Shown: positions 40,449-49,976 of the stretch, piece after piece
Layout of the letters: the number at the start of each line of letters is the position of its first letter
Numbering within the stretch: the first letter of the stretch is position 1
NCBI GenBank assembly: GCA_046328015.1
Contig: JAXLXH010000001.1
Coordinates: forward strand, 3,173,135-3,237,134
From: Candidatus Sericytochromatia bacterium
GTDB taxonomy: Bacteria > Cyanobacteriota > Sericytochromatia > UBA7694 > JACMQJ01
Direction of reading: 5' to 3'
Length of the DNA: 64,000 nucleotides
Translations under genes and position numbers: made by a program
Notes under the pieces: model-generated
Told to the model about the DNA's origin: nothing
Seen by the model: the letters and a program-made list of their open reading frames with translations, nothing else
The model's database searches: none

Positions 40449-41189
40449 TTACTCCATCATAATTAAATTATTATGATTATATTTAGGAGTACCTTTTTCT
40501 ATAACCATTCCAAAATGATTTAATTTCTCATTGGTATCAGTATCATGCCATCTATCTAAAAAGTCTTTAGTTGGGATATAAGTATAGTAGCCTAAGCTAG
40601 ATGGATCCATAAAATAAAATCTTTTATCATCATAACCAATAGCTATAGAATAATGTCCATCTTCCCAATCTTTAGAATAATCTGTAGGCTTTTCTGACCA
40701 AGCTTGCAATAAAACTAATACAGGTTTTTTGTTATCAATTAGTTTTTTTAGGTCTTCTATTTTCATATCTTTATAGATTTTAACACTATAACCATTTTCT
40801 TCTGAGAATTTTTTTATATTTGCATAAGCTGTGCCTTCATTTGGATCTGATTTTAAAGATTTAGCTAATTCACCTTCCATGTATTCATCACCATAATACA
40901 TCATAATAGATTGCAAAGAGCCTACTCCACAAGTATAGTCTGTAGATTGTCTCGCTAAAGGTAAAAACATAAAATTAGCTGGTAAATCTTTTACGCTTAA
41001 TTTTGGAGGTTTATTAGTATTTTTTGCTAAGAATTTTTTTCTTTGTGATATGTTAAAATTTTTTATACTTTTATTAGATTGTATGTTGGTAGTATTATTA
41101 ACAGAAATATCAGTTTCGTTTTGCTTATTACATGATAAAACAGTTATAAAAAGACTAGATAAAATAATAGAGGATATTTTTTTTAACAT
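40449..41189 (-). CDS. lipoprotein with papain-like (C39-like) peptidase domain, tentative
   Basis: Lipobox VLSC; candidate catalytic Cys in DYTCGVGSLQSIMMYYG and His in GHYSIAIGYDD. Confidence 0.5.
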   Translation of the reverse strand: MLKKISSIILSSLFITVLSCNKQNETDISVNNTTNIQSNKSIKNFNISQRKKFLAKNTNKPPKLSVKDLPANFMFLPLARQSTDYTCGVGSLQSIMMYYGDEYMEGELAKSLKSDPNEGTAYANIKKFSEENGYSVKIYKDMKIEDLKKLIDNKKPVLVLLQAWSEKPTDYSKDWEDGHYSIAIGYDDKRFYFMDPSSLGYYTYIPTKDFLDRWHDTDTNEKLNHFGMVIEKGTPKYNHNNLIMME

Positions 41190-41342
41190 GATTTTTTCTC
41201 TACAAAAATTTTATATAAATATTTTATCATTTTTATTATTTAGATAAAATACCTTAAATACTATAAATATATATTTATAAAAATACCTCAAATATACTCA
41301 AAAAAATTGTTTTACATTTTTTCAGTCAGTGAGTCTATATAT

Positions 41343-41370
41343 GAAACATTGGGTTGCAACCCAATGTTTC
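41343..41370. repeat. perfect 28-bp palindrome
   Basis: gaaacattgggttgcaacccaatgtttc in a 500-bp divergent intergenic region. Confidence 0.75.
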
Positions 41371-41425
41371 AGGGTAATATGATTTTGAAAAAATGAAAAC
41401 TATAAAATATTAACTATAGTTTATT

Positions 41426-41518
41426 CTTATTAGAGAATACCTAAGAACTATACTCTGAGGTTTCAGGGGATACGGGGGCAGAGCCTCCACTACCTTCCTC
41501 ATACGGAATTGGAGGTCT
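41426..41518 (+). repeat. repeat family B copy 1 (candidate small RNA or MITE-like element)
   Basis: Core tagagaatacctaagaactatactctgaggtttcaggggatacggggg shared with 48677 and reverse complement of 45812-45858. Confidence 0.6.
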
Positions 41519-41692
41519 TAAATTCATTTTTTTAATTGTCTTAAATTATAACTTTAATAATATAACAAAAAATTTACCAAATTTTTACGCAAGTATAATC
41601 TTTTTTTAACTATAACTAATTATTAATTATTGTATAATATTAAAATAGTTAATAATGCTTAGTTTTTATATAAAGCGTAGGGAGTTAATAAA

Positions 41693-42958
41693 ATGGTGAA
41701 CTTGAAAAAATTGAAAACAATTTCTTCATCTCTTTTAGTTGCAGCTTTTGTTGTAGGTTGCTCAAATAAGTTAGATGATACTGCCTTAGATGTTCAAGCT
41801 GTAGATAATCAATTATCAGCATCTTCTGCTGATGATGAAAGCTTACCTATTTTTGCAAGCTTCAACAATGCTTACAAAACTACTGTAGCAGAAAATGATC
41901 CTATTTCAAGAAAAGATCCAAGAAACTCTGATAAATATTTTGTAAAATTAATTAATTCTGCTAAAAAGACCTTAGATGGAGCTTTTTATGATATTCAAGA
42001 TCCAGATGTTACACAAGCTTTTATTAATGCACACAAAAGAGGTGTAAAAGTAAGATTAGTAACAGATGATGAAAATTTAAAAGATAAACAAGATCCTACT
42101 AAAGATAGACAATCTATTATTGATTTGAAAAAAGCTGGAATTGAAGTAAAAGATGATAAAAGAGAAAAACTTATGCACAATAAGTTTATGGTAGTTGATA
42201 ATACCTATGTTTGGACAGGTTCTATGAATTTAACTACATCTTCTATGTATCACCATAATAACAATTCTATCAGAATAAAATCTCCTGAGCTTGCTCAAAA
42301 TTTTAATGCTGAATTTAGCAGATTTTGGGATCAAAACCTTTATGGAACCAACCCACATACTATTCCTAACCAAGTAGTTAATGTAGCTGGTTCTTCAATA
42401 AGAACATTTTTCTCTCCTGGTGGTGGAACAAATTTAGCTATAGTAGAAGAACTTAAAAAAGCTAAAAAATCTATAAAATTTATGGCTTTCTCTATGACAC
42501 ATAAAGATATTCTTGCTGTTATGACAGAGAAAAAACAAGCTGGTTTAAATGTAGAAGGTATATTTGATGAGTGTTTAATACCTCAATATTCTATCTATTT
42601 TGCACTCAAAAAAGCTAATATATTTACAAGAGGTGATGGAAACCAAGCTTTAATGCATCATAAAGTTATGATTATTGATGATGAAACAGTAATTACAGGT
42701 TCTTTCAACTTCTCAAAAAGTGCTGATGAAGGTAATAATGAAAACTGTTTATTTATTAAATCACCAACTCTTGCTAAGATTTATAATAGCGAATATTCAA
42801 GAATTAAATATGCTGCTTTAAATAACAAAAATATTCCTCCATATGATCATCCTGCTTGTAGTAAACATGATTCAAAAGGTTCTCAACCTGCTCCAGCTAA
42901 AAATTCAGCTGTAGTTGAAACAGAAAAAGCATTATGGGATAAATTTACAAAAGAATAA
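41693..42958 (+). CDS. phospholipase D-family lipoprotein with two HKD motifs
   Basis: Lipobox VVGCS; HNKFMVVD...GSMNLT and HHKVMIID...GSFNFS. Confidence 0.85.
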   Translation: MVNLKKLKTISSSLLVAAFVVGCSNKLDDTALDVQAVDNQLSASSADDESLPIFASFNNAYKTTVAENDPISRKDPRNSDKYFVKLINSAKKTLDGAFYDIQDPDVTQAFINAHKRGVKVRLVTDDENLKDKQDPTKDRQSIIDLKKAGIEVKDDKREKLMHNKFMVVDNTYVWTGSMNLTTSSMYHHNNNSIRIKSPELAQNFNAEFSRFWDQNLYGTNPHTIPNQVVNVAGSSIRTFFSPGGGTNLAIVEELKKAKKSIKFMAFSMTHKDILAVMTEKKQAGLNVEGIFDECLIPQYSIYFALKKANIFTRGDGNQALMHHKVMIIDDETVITGSFNFSKSADEGNNENCLFIKSPTLAKIYNSEYSRIKYAALNNKNIPPYDHPACSKHDSKGSQPAPAKNSAVVETEKALWDKFTKE

Positions 42959-42971
42959 TCTTATAAAAATA

Positions 42972-44458
42972 AAAAACCCTCTTTATATTAAAGCTTACCA
43001 TTACCCATAAGTATAATTATTAAAAGATTCAAGTATTTCAGTAGCTTCTAGGATAGTTTTAAATTTAATAAAGCCCCTCCAAAGAACTTTTACACCTGGA
43101 AAACCATCACCCTTTCTTGCTAAAAAACCTCCAAGTCGTGCAATCCAGACAATAACCTCTTTTAATTTTGGTATTTCTTTAGGTAGGTTAGGTGTTTTAT
43201 TTACTAATATATATATTAAATTCCATTCTTTTTTTGAAAAAAAGGCTTCACAACTTAGCTCGGGTTCTTTTCTAACAATATAAGTCATGTTTAATAACTT
43301 ACAAGAAACCACAGAATACATAGCTAATACTTTTTGTATCTTATCTGATGAATCTAATTGAAGCTCTTCTATGTGGCAACCACTTTTTAATACATAATGA
43401 TATCTCTCTATTAACCATCTATAACTGTACCATCTAACATATTTTATAGCATCTTCAAGTGAGTTTATGTCTAGTGTTGTCAAAAGAACCCATCTTATAG
43501 GCTCTTTGCTCTCTCCCGATTTTTCTTCTTCTACCAATATTACATTTAAAGATACACTATGTATATTTTTTTTATGATTTTTAGGTTCTTTTATCTCAAA
43601 TTTATCATATTTAATGTTTAATTTAGCTTTCCTTGAAGACACTCCTTTCTTCCTAGATATATCAACTTCTAAATTTCCTTTAACCTCAAGATTATCTAAC
43701 CCTTTAAATAATTTCTTATCTTCATGATTTATAAGTCTATCTTGTGCTGCTCTTACAAGTAAATGACTATTCCTCTTCCTATCAACTAAAAACAAATCAT
43801 AAATATCTGATTCACGGTCTCCTATCGTAACTATAACCTGTTCTTCATTAAAAAACTTCTTGTCTATTGATATTAATGATTCTATCCACCTATAACTTTC
43901 CTTATCTTCTATATTCTTTTTACTGCGTTCTGATACTAACTCTTTACTTCTTGTCCATATTTTCTGCTCTAATATTCCTACTGGAACTCCTTCGCTTGTC
44001 AATGATAGTGTTGTATGAACCATTAAACCTGTGCAATTAGAATTTCCTATTCTACCCATTTCCTTCTTTGATTTATGCGTTGTAAAATTTAATTCTGTTG
44101 TATCTTGAACATTTAATACTACTTTCTCATTTAAAAGACTGTTTATTGTCTTTTCATAATGGCTATTCATTAATTTCTCTCTTGTAACTTTTTTATTATC
44201 ATAAAATCTATAACAAGCTTTTGTTCCTGACCAATCTTCAAAACTATTAGGTATGCTTTTACCAACATTATTTTAAAAAAGAATTGAATATTATTCTACA
44301 TCTATTATTCAATCTCTTATCTCCAAAATTTATATTATCAAATTCGTTCATTATTTTATAGCTCTTTTTAATATTTTTAACTCTAACACATATTCTAAGT
44401 TATTTTCAACCCCCTTTATAGATGTGGGTAATGGGTAGATATTAAAGAGGGTTTTTTT
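42972..44458 (-). mobile_element. IS4-like insertion sequence (~1.49 kb) with imperfect terminal inverted repeats
   Basis: Left end aaaaaccctctttatattaaagcttaccattaccca versus reverse complement of right end aaaaaccctctttaatatctacccattaccca; encloses the transposase gene. Confidence 0.7.
43001..44170 (-). CDS. IS4-family DDE transposase (main frame; N-terminal ~60 codons in another frame upstream to 44351)
   Basis: HTTLSLTSEGVPVGILEQKIWTR and IGDRESDIYDLF; upstream ORF MNEFDNINFGDKRLNNRCRIIFNSFLK ends at a T6A4 run (44271-44280) where the frame changes. Confidence 0.75.
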   Translation of the reverse strand: MNSHYEKTINSLLNEKVVLNVQDTTELNFTTHKSKKEMGRIGNSNCTGLMVHTTLSLTSEGVPVGILEQKIWTRSKELVSERSKKNIEDKESYRWIESLISIDKKFFNEEQVIVTIGDRESDIYDLFLVDRKRNSHLLVRAAQDRLINHEDKKLFKGLDNLEVKGNLEVDISRKKGVSSRKAKLNIKYDKFEIKEPKNHKKNIHSVSLNVILVEEEKSGESKEPIRWVLLTTLDINSLEDAIKYVRWYSYRWLIERYHYVLKSGCHIEELQLDSSDKIQKVLAMYSVVSCKLLNMTYIVRKEPELSCEAFFSKKEWNLIYILVNKTPNLPKEIPKLKEVIVWIARLGGFLARKGDGFPGVKVLWRGFIKFKTILEATEILESFNNYTYG

Positions 44459-44629
44459 ATTGAAATTTTTTGAGTTTAAAAATAATGTGAATGATATTTT
44501 ATTTAATAATAGTAATTACTTTAATTTAACTTTAAACTATTATTTATAACTATTACTAGCATCTAATTAGTTATAAAATTAAAATTTATTGTAAAATATT
44601 AATTAGATAGGTTAATAAGAGGTGCAAGA

Positions 44630-45220
44630 ATGAAAAAAATATTTTTAGGATCTTTAATAATATTATCTTTTTTTTGTTTTCAAATTGATCGTGCTTATTC
44701 AAAATCTTGTTTAAAAGGAGATTGTAATAATGGACAAGGAACTATAACCTATTTTGATGGGAGTAGATATATAGGTGAATTTAAAAATGAGCAGTATCAT
44801 GGGCAAGGAACTTTTACTTTTCATAATGGTATGAAATATATAGGTGATTGGATAAGTGGTAAAAAAAATGGTAAAGGAACTATAACTTACCCAGATGGAA
44901 GTAAATATGTTGGTAGTTTTAAAAATGATCTTTACCATGGAGAAGGAATTTTAACTTTAAATAATGGAACGCAATATATTTGTAATTGGGTTGATGGTAA
45001 AAAAAATGGTAAAGGAACTATTATTTATTATGATGGAAGTAAATATGTAGGTGATTTTAAGGAAGATCTTTATCATGGACAAGGAACTATGTTTTTTTCT
45101 GATGGGAGTAGATATATAGGTGAATGGAAGAATGGTAAATTTGATGGTGAAGGAACTTATACTTGGAATAATGGAAATACTTATACTGGAAAATTTAAAG
45201 CAGGAGAAAAAATAAATTAG
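44630..45220 (+). CDS. secreted MORN-repeat protein
   Basis: Signal peptide; ~7 tandem Y-x-G-x-[FW]-K-x-x-x-x-H-G-x-G-T repeats. Confidence 0.8.
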   Translation: MKKIFLGSLIILSFFCFQIDRAYSKSCLKGDCNNGQGTITYFDGSRYIGEFKNEQYHGQGTFTFHNGMKYIGDWISGKKNGKGTITYPDGSKYVGSFKNDLYHGEGILTLNNGTQYICNWVDGKKNGKGTIIYYDGSKYVGDFKEDLYHGQGTMFFSDGSRYIGEWKNGKFDGEGTYTWNNGNTYTGKFKAGEKIN

Positions 45221-45348
45221 AATTGTTAATCTTTAATAATAAAATCCTAATTTTATTTCCTTTATATTGACAAATAAAGGGATTACAGTTATAGTTAAAG
45301 ACGTGAAAAAATCTAGGTTAAATTTAGTTTATAATAGAGGTAGATATA

Positions 45349-45702
45349 GTGAGCCAACAATTATTAAGAGAACTTACTGGGGCACAATTAAAAAAAGATT
45401 TGCCAGCAATTAATGTAGGTGATACAGTTAAAGTTGCCGTTAAAATCGTAGAAGGCGGTAAAGAAAGAATTCAAAACTACGAAGGTGTTGTTATTGCAAA
45501 AAGAGGCAGTGGAATATCTGAATCTATGACAGTAAGAAAAGTATTTAAAGGTGTAGGAGTAGAAAGAATATTCCCTTTACATTCTCCAATGCTTGATTCT
45601 GTTAAAATAGTTAAACAAAGTATAGTAAGAAGATCTAAACTTTACTATTTAAGAGGACTTACAGAAAAAGCAACCAGATTAAAAGAAAGATCTACAAAAT
45701 AG
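45349..45702 (+). CDS. rplS: 50S ribosomal protein L19
   Basis: [30 protein letters not shown]...[13 protein letters not shown] start with AGAGG RBS. Confidence 0.9.
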   Translation: MSQQLLRELTGAQLKKDLPAINVGDTVKVAVKIVEGGKERIQNYEGVVIAKRGSGISESMTVRKVFKGVGVERIFPLHSPMLDSVKIVKQSIVRRSKLYYLRGLTEKATRLKERSTK

Positions 45703-45720
45703 TATTTAAGATTAACACTA

Positions 45721-45748
45721 AAAAGCTACCTTGAAGGTAGCTTTTTTA
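45721..45748 (+). terminator. rho-independent terminator of rplS
   Basis: aaaagctacc ttgaa ggtagctttttt hairpin plus T-run, 19 bp after the stop. Confidence 0.75.
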
Positions 45749-45768
45749 TTTATATAATAAATTTAAAA

Positions 45769-45860
45769 CCTCCTACGGGGTATCAACCCAGCAGGAAGAA
45801 GTGAGCACACTCTAAAACACCAGAGCAGAGCTATGAGGTATTCTCTAGTAAAAACTAAAA
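45769..45860 (-). repeat. repeat family B copy 3 (reverse orientation)
   Basis: Reverse complement tactagagaatacctcatagctctgctctggtgttttagagtgtgctcac matches the B core. Confidence 0.55.
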
Positions 45861-46412
45861 TCTTATGGAAGCTCTAAAACCTCTACCACTGTAGTAAGAA
45901 GATGCTCCATTATGATAAACAAAAACAGTATCAAATCTTCTATCAGCAAAAATTGCTCCACCTAATTTTCTAATTTTATCAGGTGTTTTTATCCAACTAG
46001 AGGTTTTGGTATCAAACTCGCCTAGTGTTTGTAAAAATTTATACTCTTCTTCTGTTAATAAATTAACATCCATTTCTTCTGCCATATTAATTACATTACT
46101 TTTAGGTTTATGTTCTTTTCTAGAATTTAAAGCTTCTTGATCATAACAAAGAGCTCTTCTTCCAGTAGGAGTTTCTGGTGAGCAATCATAAAAAATATAT
46201 TCATCTTTTTTTGAGTCATAATCAACAATATCAGGTTCTCCACCTGTTTTTTCCATTTCATAGAGAGACCATAATTTTTCATCATTATTATTTAATTTTT
46301 CTTCTATTTTAGACCATTCAAGTTTTTTATGTCTTTTTTTATTTTTTTCAAATCTATCTTTTAATGTATAAATTAATTCTTGTTTTTCTTCTATAGAAAG
46401 TGTTTTTTTCAT
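45855..46412 (-). CDS. DUF4256-like conserved hypothetical protein
   Basis: 185-aa ORF with family-like C-terminus; last gene of ArsR operon. Confidence 0.5.
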   Translation of the reverse strand: MKKTLSIEEKQELIYTLKDRFEKNKKRHKKLEWSKIEEKLNNNDEKLWSLYEMEKTGGEPDIVDYDSKKDEYIFYDCSPETPTGRRALCYDQEALNSRKEHKPKSNVINMAEEMDVNLLTEEEYKFLQTLGEFDTKTSSWIKTPDKIRKLGGAIFADRRFDTVFVYHNGASSYYSGRGFRASIRF

Positions 46413-46418
46413 AAACTA

Positions 46419-46883
46419 TTACCTAAACATATTCATAATATCTTGCAATTTATTGTGTGCCATATTTAAACCATGAGCAAAGGGGAGTTTTAAAATCTGA
46501 TTTCTAATATCAACAGATTTATAAATTACATGCATAGTTAATTTACTTTTATCATTAGAAATAGATTCAAATTCTAAAAATTCTAATTGAGCTTCAAAGG
46601 AAGTATTTTCCATTTCGAAGGTTCTAATAATTTTTTTATTTGGTATAAAATTATGTATTGTACCACTAAAATTATGTTTGTTTCCCATAGGATCAGTTGT
46701 TTCAAAATGATAGTAACCATGTTTTTTATTTTCTAATTTTATTACTTTAGTCCCCATCCATTGTTCAACAATTTGAGGCTCTATATAAGCCTTAAAAAGT
46801 AAATCTAATGGTAAATCAAATTCTCGGATAATAAATAACTCTTGCTTATTTTCTTCTGCTTTAATTTTTGTTTTTTGTTCCAT
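46419..46883 (-). CDS. SRPBCC-superfamily protein
   Basis: About 150 aa, typical partner of ArsR regulators; assignment by context and size. Confidence 0.5.
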   Translation of the reverse strand: MEQKTKIKAEENKQELFIIREFDLPLDLLFKAYIEPQIVEQWMGTKVIKLENKKHGYYHFETTDPMGNKHNFSGTIHNFIPNKKIIRTFEMENTSFEAQLEFLEFESISNDKSKLTMHVIYKSVDIRNQILKLPFAHGLNMAHNKLQDIMNMFR

Positions 46884-46896
46884 AATATTTTATTCT

Positions 46897-47211
46897 TTAT
46901 TTGTATAATTTCATTATATTTTCTAAGTTATTAAATCTTTCATCCCACATTTTACGAAATGGTTCTATAAAATCTGCAATTTCTTTCATTTTATTAGGAT
47001 TTAATTCATAATATATTTCTCTACCATTTTTTTCTTGTTTTATTAATTCACATTCTGTAAGTATATGCAAATGTTTTGAAACAGTTGGTCTTGCAGTTTC
47101 AAAATTTGCAGCAATAGCACCTGCTGTCATAGTCTGAGAAGCTAATAATATAAGTATAGCCCTTCTTGTGGGATCTGCTATTGCTTGAAAAACATCTCTT
47201 CTTAAATCCAT
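46897..47211 (-). CDS. ArsR/SmtB-family transcriptional regulator
   Basis: [48 protein letters not shown]. Confidence 0.85.
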   Translation of the reverse strand: MDLRRDVFQAIADPTRRAILILLASQTMTAGAIAANFETARPTVSKHLHILTECELIKQEKNGREIYYELNPNKMKEIADFIEPFRKMWDERFNNLENIMKLYK

Positions 47212-47273
47212 ATGTAGACACTTAACTACAAATAATATGTAGGTATTTAACTACATAATTTAAAAGTTGTCAA
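47212..47273 (-). promoter_or_regulatory. putative ArsR operator/promoter: two tandem TGTAG-N9-CTACA palindromes
   Basis: atgtagacacttaactaca (47212-47230) and atgtaggtatttaactaca (47237-47255) abut the arsR start; TTGACA on minus strand at 47268-47273. Confidence 0.45.
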
Positions 47274-47375
47274 GCTTAAATAATTTTTTCATTTAGCTAT
47301 TAATTAATAGTTTTTTATTATATTATTTAAAAAACATAAAACTGAAAGCATTAAAGATATTTTTAGGTAAAAATA

Positions 47376-48182
47376 ATGGAACGTTTTAAAGAAATTTTTA
47401 AAGTAAAAAGCCCAGTAATAGGAATGATTCATGTAGATGCTTTACCTGCAACTCCAAGATATAAAAATAATTTTTCTGAAATAATAGAAAAAGCCCTTAA
47501 AGAAGCTGAAATTTATAAAAAAGCAGGAATAGATGCTTTGGCTATAGAAAATATGCATGATATTCCTTATATGAAAACTAATATTGGACCAGAAATTACT
47601 TCTGCTATGACTGTTATAGGTTATCAAGTAAAAAAAACTTCTAATTTGGTATGTGGTATTCAAATTTTAGCAGGTGCCAATAAAGAAGCTTTTGCGGTAG
47701 CTAAAGCTTCAAATTTAGATTTTGTAAGAGCTGAAGGATTTGTTTTTTCTCATGTGGCAGATGAAGGTATTATGGAATCTTGTGCTGGAGAATTATTAAG
47801 ATACAGAAAATCTATTGATGCAGATAATATTTTAGTTTTTACAGATATTAAGAAAAAACATAGTTCTCATGCTATAACATCCGATGTTGATATTTGTGAA
47901 ACAGCTAAAGCTGCTGAGTTTTTTCTTAGTGATGGTTTAATAATTACAGGAACTTCAACTGGTCATGAAGCTAGTACCAATGAAATAGAATCTGTAAAAA
48001 ACGCTGTAAAGTTACCTGTAATTGTTGGCTCTGGTGTTAATCTAAATAACTTAGAAAGCTATTTTAATATAAGTGATGCTATGATTGTGGGTTCTTATTT
48101 TAAAAAAAATAGCTATTGGGCTAATGATTTAGATTATGATAAAGTAGCTTCTTTTATGGAAAAAGTTAATAAACTTAGATAA
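47376..48182 (+). CDS. BtpA/SgcQ-family TIM-barrel protein
   Basis: N-terminal VIGMIHVDALPATPRY. Confidence 0.65.
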   Translation: MERFKEIFKVKSPVIGMIHVDALPATPRYKNNFSEIIEKALKEAEIYKKAGIDALAIENMHDIPYMKTNIGPEITSAMTVIGYQVKKTSNLVCGIQILAGANKEAFAVAKASNLDFVRAEGFVFSHVADEGIMESCAGELLRYRKSIDADNILVFTDIKKKHSSHAITSDVDICETAKAAEFFLSDGLIITGTSTGHEASTNEIESVKNAVKLPVIVGSGVNLNNLESYFNISDAMIVGSYFKKNSYWANDLDYDKVASFMEKVNKLR

Positions 48183-48183
48183 T

Positions 48184-48570
48184 TTATAAGCTTTCAATTA
48201 CTTTTTTTAGTTTATTTCTAACTTCTTCTGCAACTGGTAATAAAATTTCGTTATTTACAGATTGCATAGTAACAAAAGGATCTACAGCTGAAACTTCAAT
48301 AAATCCTTCTTCTTTTTCTTGTACAATTAAGTTGCAAGGAAGTAATAAGCCTATTTTATCTTCAGCTTGAATAGCTTTATAAGCAAAGGGAGGATTACAA
48401 GCACCTAAAATTTTATATTTAGGTAAATCTACATCAAGCTTTTTTTTCATAGTTTCTTTAACATCTATTTCAGTTAAAATTCCAAAACCTTCTTTTTTTA
48501 GTTCTTCAGTTACTTTTAAAATAGCATTCTCAAAAGAATCTGATATTTTTTTATTAAAATAATAAGTCAT
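48184..48570 (-). CDS. DUF302-domain protein
   Basis: ILGACNPPFAYKAIQAEDKIGLLLPCNLIV. Confidence 0.7.
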   Translation of the reverse strand: MTYYFNKKISDSFENAILKVTEELKKEGFGILTEIDVKETMKKKLDVDLPKYKILGACNPPFAYKAIQAEDKIGLLLPCNLIVQEKEEGFIEVSAVDPFVTMQSVNNEILLPVAEEVRNKLKKVIESL

Positions 48571-48676
48571 AAAAACCTCTTTATATACTATACGGTATAT
48601 AGTATATTATATAATAAAAAAAATAACAAGCTTATATAGCTAATTCAAATTTTTAGCTTACATTTAAGATTATATT

Positions 48677-48845
48677 TTTATTAGAGAATACCTCAGAGCT
48701 TTGCTCTGGGTTTTAAGAGGATACGGGGGTGTCTAAAAAGTGTGCGTTAATTATAACGCCCATACGAAAACACTGGCTTTAACCCTAGTCTTTCGTAAAA
48801 AAAAGACCTAAAAAAAGCCTTTTTGGACACACCCGTCTTAAATTA
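48677..48845 (+). repeat. repeat family B copy 2, extended structured form (candidate ncRNA)
   Basis: Core ttagagaatacctcagagctttgctctgggttttaagaggatacggggg; long-range pairing acgggggtgtc (48723-48733) with ggacacacccgt (48825-48836). Confidence 0.5.
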
Positions 48846-48904
48846 ATTTATATGCTAATAGCTATAAGATAAAAAATTTATGAAATATTAAAAAAATATT
48901 TATA

Positions 48905-49972
48905 TTATTGATTTCCGGTAAAAGAATTCCATAATCTTTGTAATTCAGCTTTTTCTTCTCTAGTTTTACATTTAGAAGGGTTATAAACAAGAACTTGATT
49001 GTTATAAGCTTGATTTAAACCGTCTTTTGAAACTCTAAAAATTGGAACAGAACTTCCTCCTATATTATTCGGTAAGGCTTGAATCCAAGGCATTTCAGAG
49101 TTACCACCTTGAGTATTAAAAACTGCTGTATGAGCAACTTCACCACCTTTAAAACATATTGCAATAGTCTTATTTCCTGCTCTTCTAATAAGATCATCTA
49201 AACTACTTGGCTTAGTATCTTGCCCAAGTGCATAATGATGACAATTTTTAACTTTAAGACAATGCTCTAATCCTTCTAATTTATACTGATCTGGTGAAAT
49301 ACCTAATTCCCCTTGAATAATTGATTCTTTACACTCATGTAAATCTTTAATGGTTATTTTAATATCATCTGATATGTTTTTTAAAAACTCTTCTGCTTTT
49401 TTCTTTTGCATAGTAGAAAAAGGTCTAAGACTCATTACGCCACTACTTGGATCTAATTTTTGATCAATATTATTATATATTTTATTTATAACACTTTCTG
49501 GAACTCTAAGATTTGTAGCCATTTTAGTAAGTTCTTTTTTTAATATAGGATCCATTTTTTTTTCTTCATTTGGCACTTCAGAAGAATTATTAGAAACCAC
49601 AACATTATTAGTTGAAGGTGATGGAGTACTATTTTCTCTAGGTGTACTAGGTGTAGGTGCTGATTGTGTAGTTTTTTTAGAACTACCTCTCATTGTATTT
49701 GCAACTGAACCTATTTCAGCTACATCTTCTGGATTACATTGAGAAGTTTCAAAAGAATTTAATTTTCTTCTTAATCCCTCAACATCAGTTTGAGGATTAA
49801 TTTTTTTTAGAGTATCAATTATAGAATTTTGAGTAAAACCTCTAGATTTAAAAAGTTCGTAACCTTTTTGGGTTTGAACTGCTTTTTCAAATGATGATGT
49901 AGAAACTGTAGTAGGATTTGTTTTGTTTGGGCTAGTAAAAGAAACTACACCTTGTGAAACACCAATACGCAT
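48905..49972 (-). CDS. Ser/Thr/Pro-rich hypothetical protein with Cys/His-containing C-terminal domain (effector/toxin-like, unassigned)
   Basis: Low-complexity middle STPRENSTPSPSTNN; C-terminal NCHHYALGQ...AHTAVF; 4-bp gap to upstream small gene; locally higher GC. Confidence 0.6.
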   Translation of the reverse strand: MRIGVSQGVVSFTSPNKTNPTTVSTSSFEKAVQTQKGYELFKSRGFTQNSIIDTLKKINPQTDVEGLRRKLNSFETSQCNPEDVAEIGSVANTMRGSSKKTTQSAPTPSTPRENSTPSPSTNNVVVSNNSSEVPNEEKKMDPILKKELTKMATNLRVPESVINKIYNNIDQKLDPSSGVMSLRPFSTMQKKKAEEFLKNISDDIKITIKDLHECKESIIQGELGISPDQYKLEGLEHCLKVKNCHHYALGQDTKPSSLDDLIRRAGNKTIAICFKGGEVAHTAVFNTQGGNSEMPWIQALPNNIGGSSVPIFRVSKDGLNQAYNNQVLVYNPSKCKTREEKAELQRLWNSFTGNQ

Positions 49973-49976
49973 ATCA

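Noticed and set aside
41693-42958. PLD-family protein as a DISARM-type defence nuclease
   Set aside because: It has a lipoprotein signal peptide and no nearby helicase or methyltransferase partner; more likely a secreted phospholipase or nuclease.
6468-47663. Short track ORFs nested in or antisense to larger genes (6468-6686, 7844-8083, 10787-10984, 13115-13300, 13561-13779, 20212-20394, 27009-27200, 31470-31736, 33377-33574, 34800-35000, 36879-37064, 36922-37146, 39888-40226, 41050-41247, 41995-42180, 44711-44938, 47442-47663)
   Set aside because: All overlap better-supported CDS on the other strand or frame and show no motif or RBS support.
48677-48845. Family B copy 2 as a known structured RNA (tmRNA, RNase P, SRP, 6S)
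   Set aside because: None of the hallmark motifs of these RNAs is present; kept only as an unclassified candidate ncRNA.
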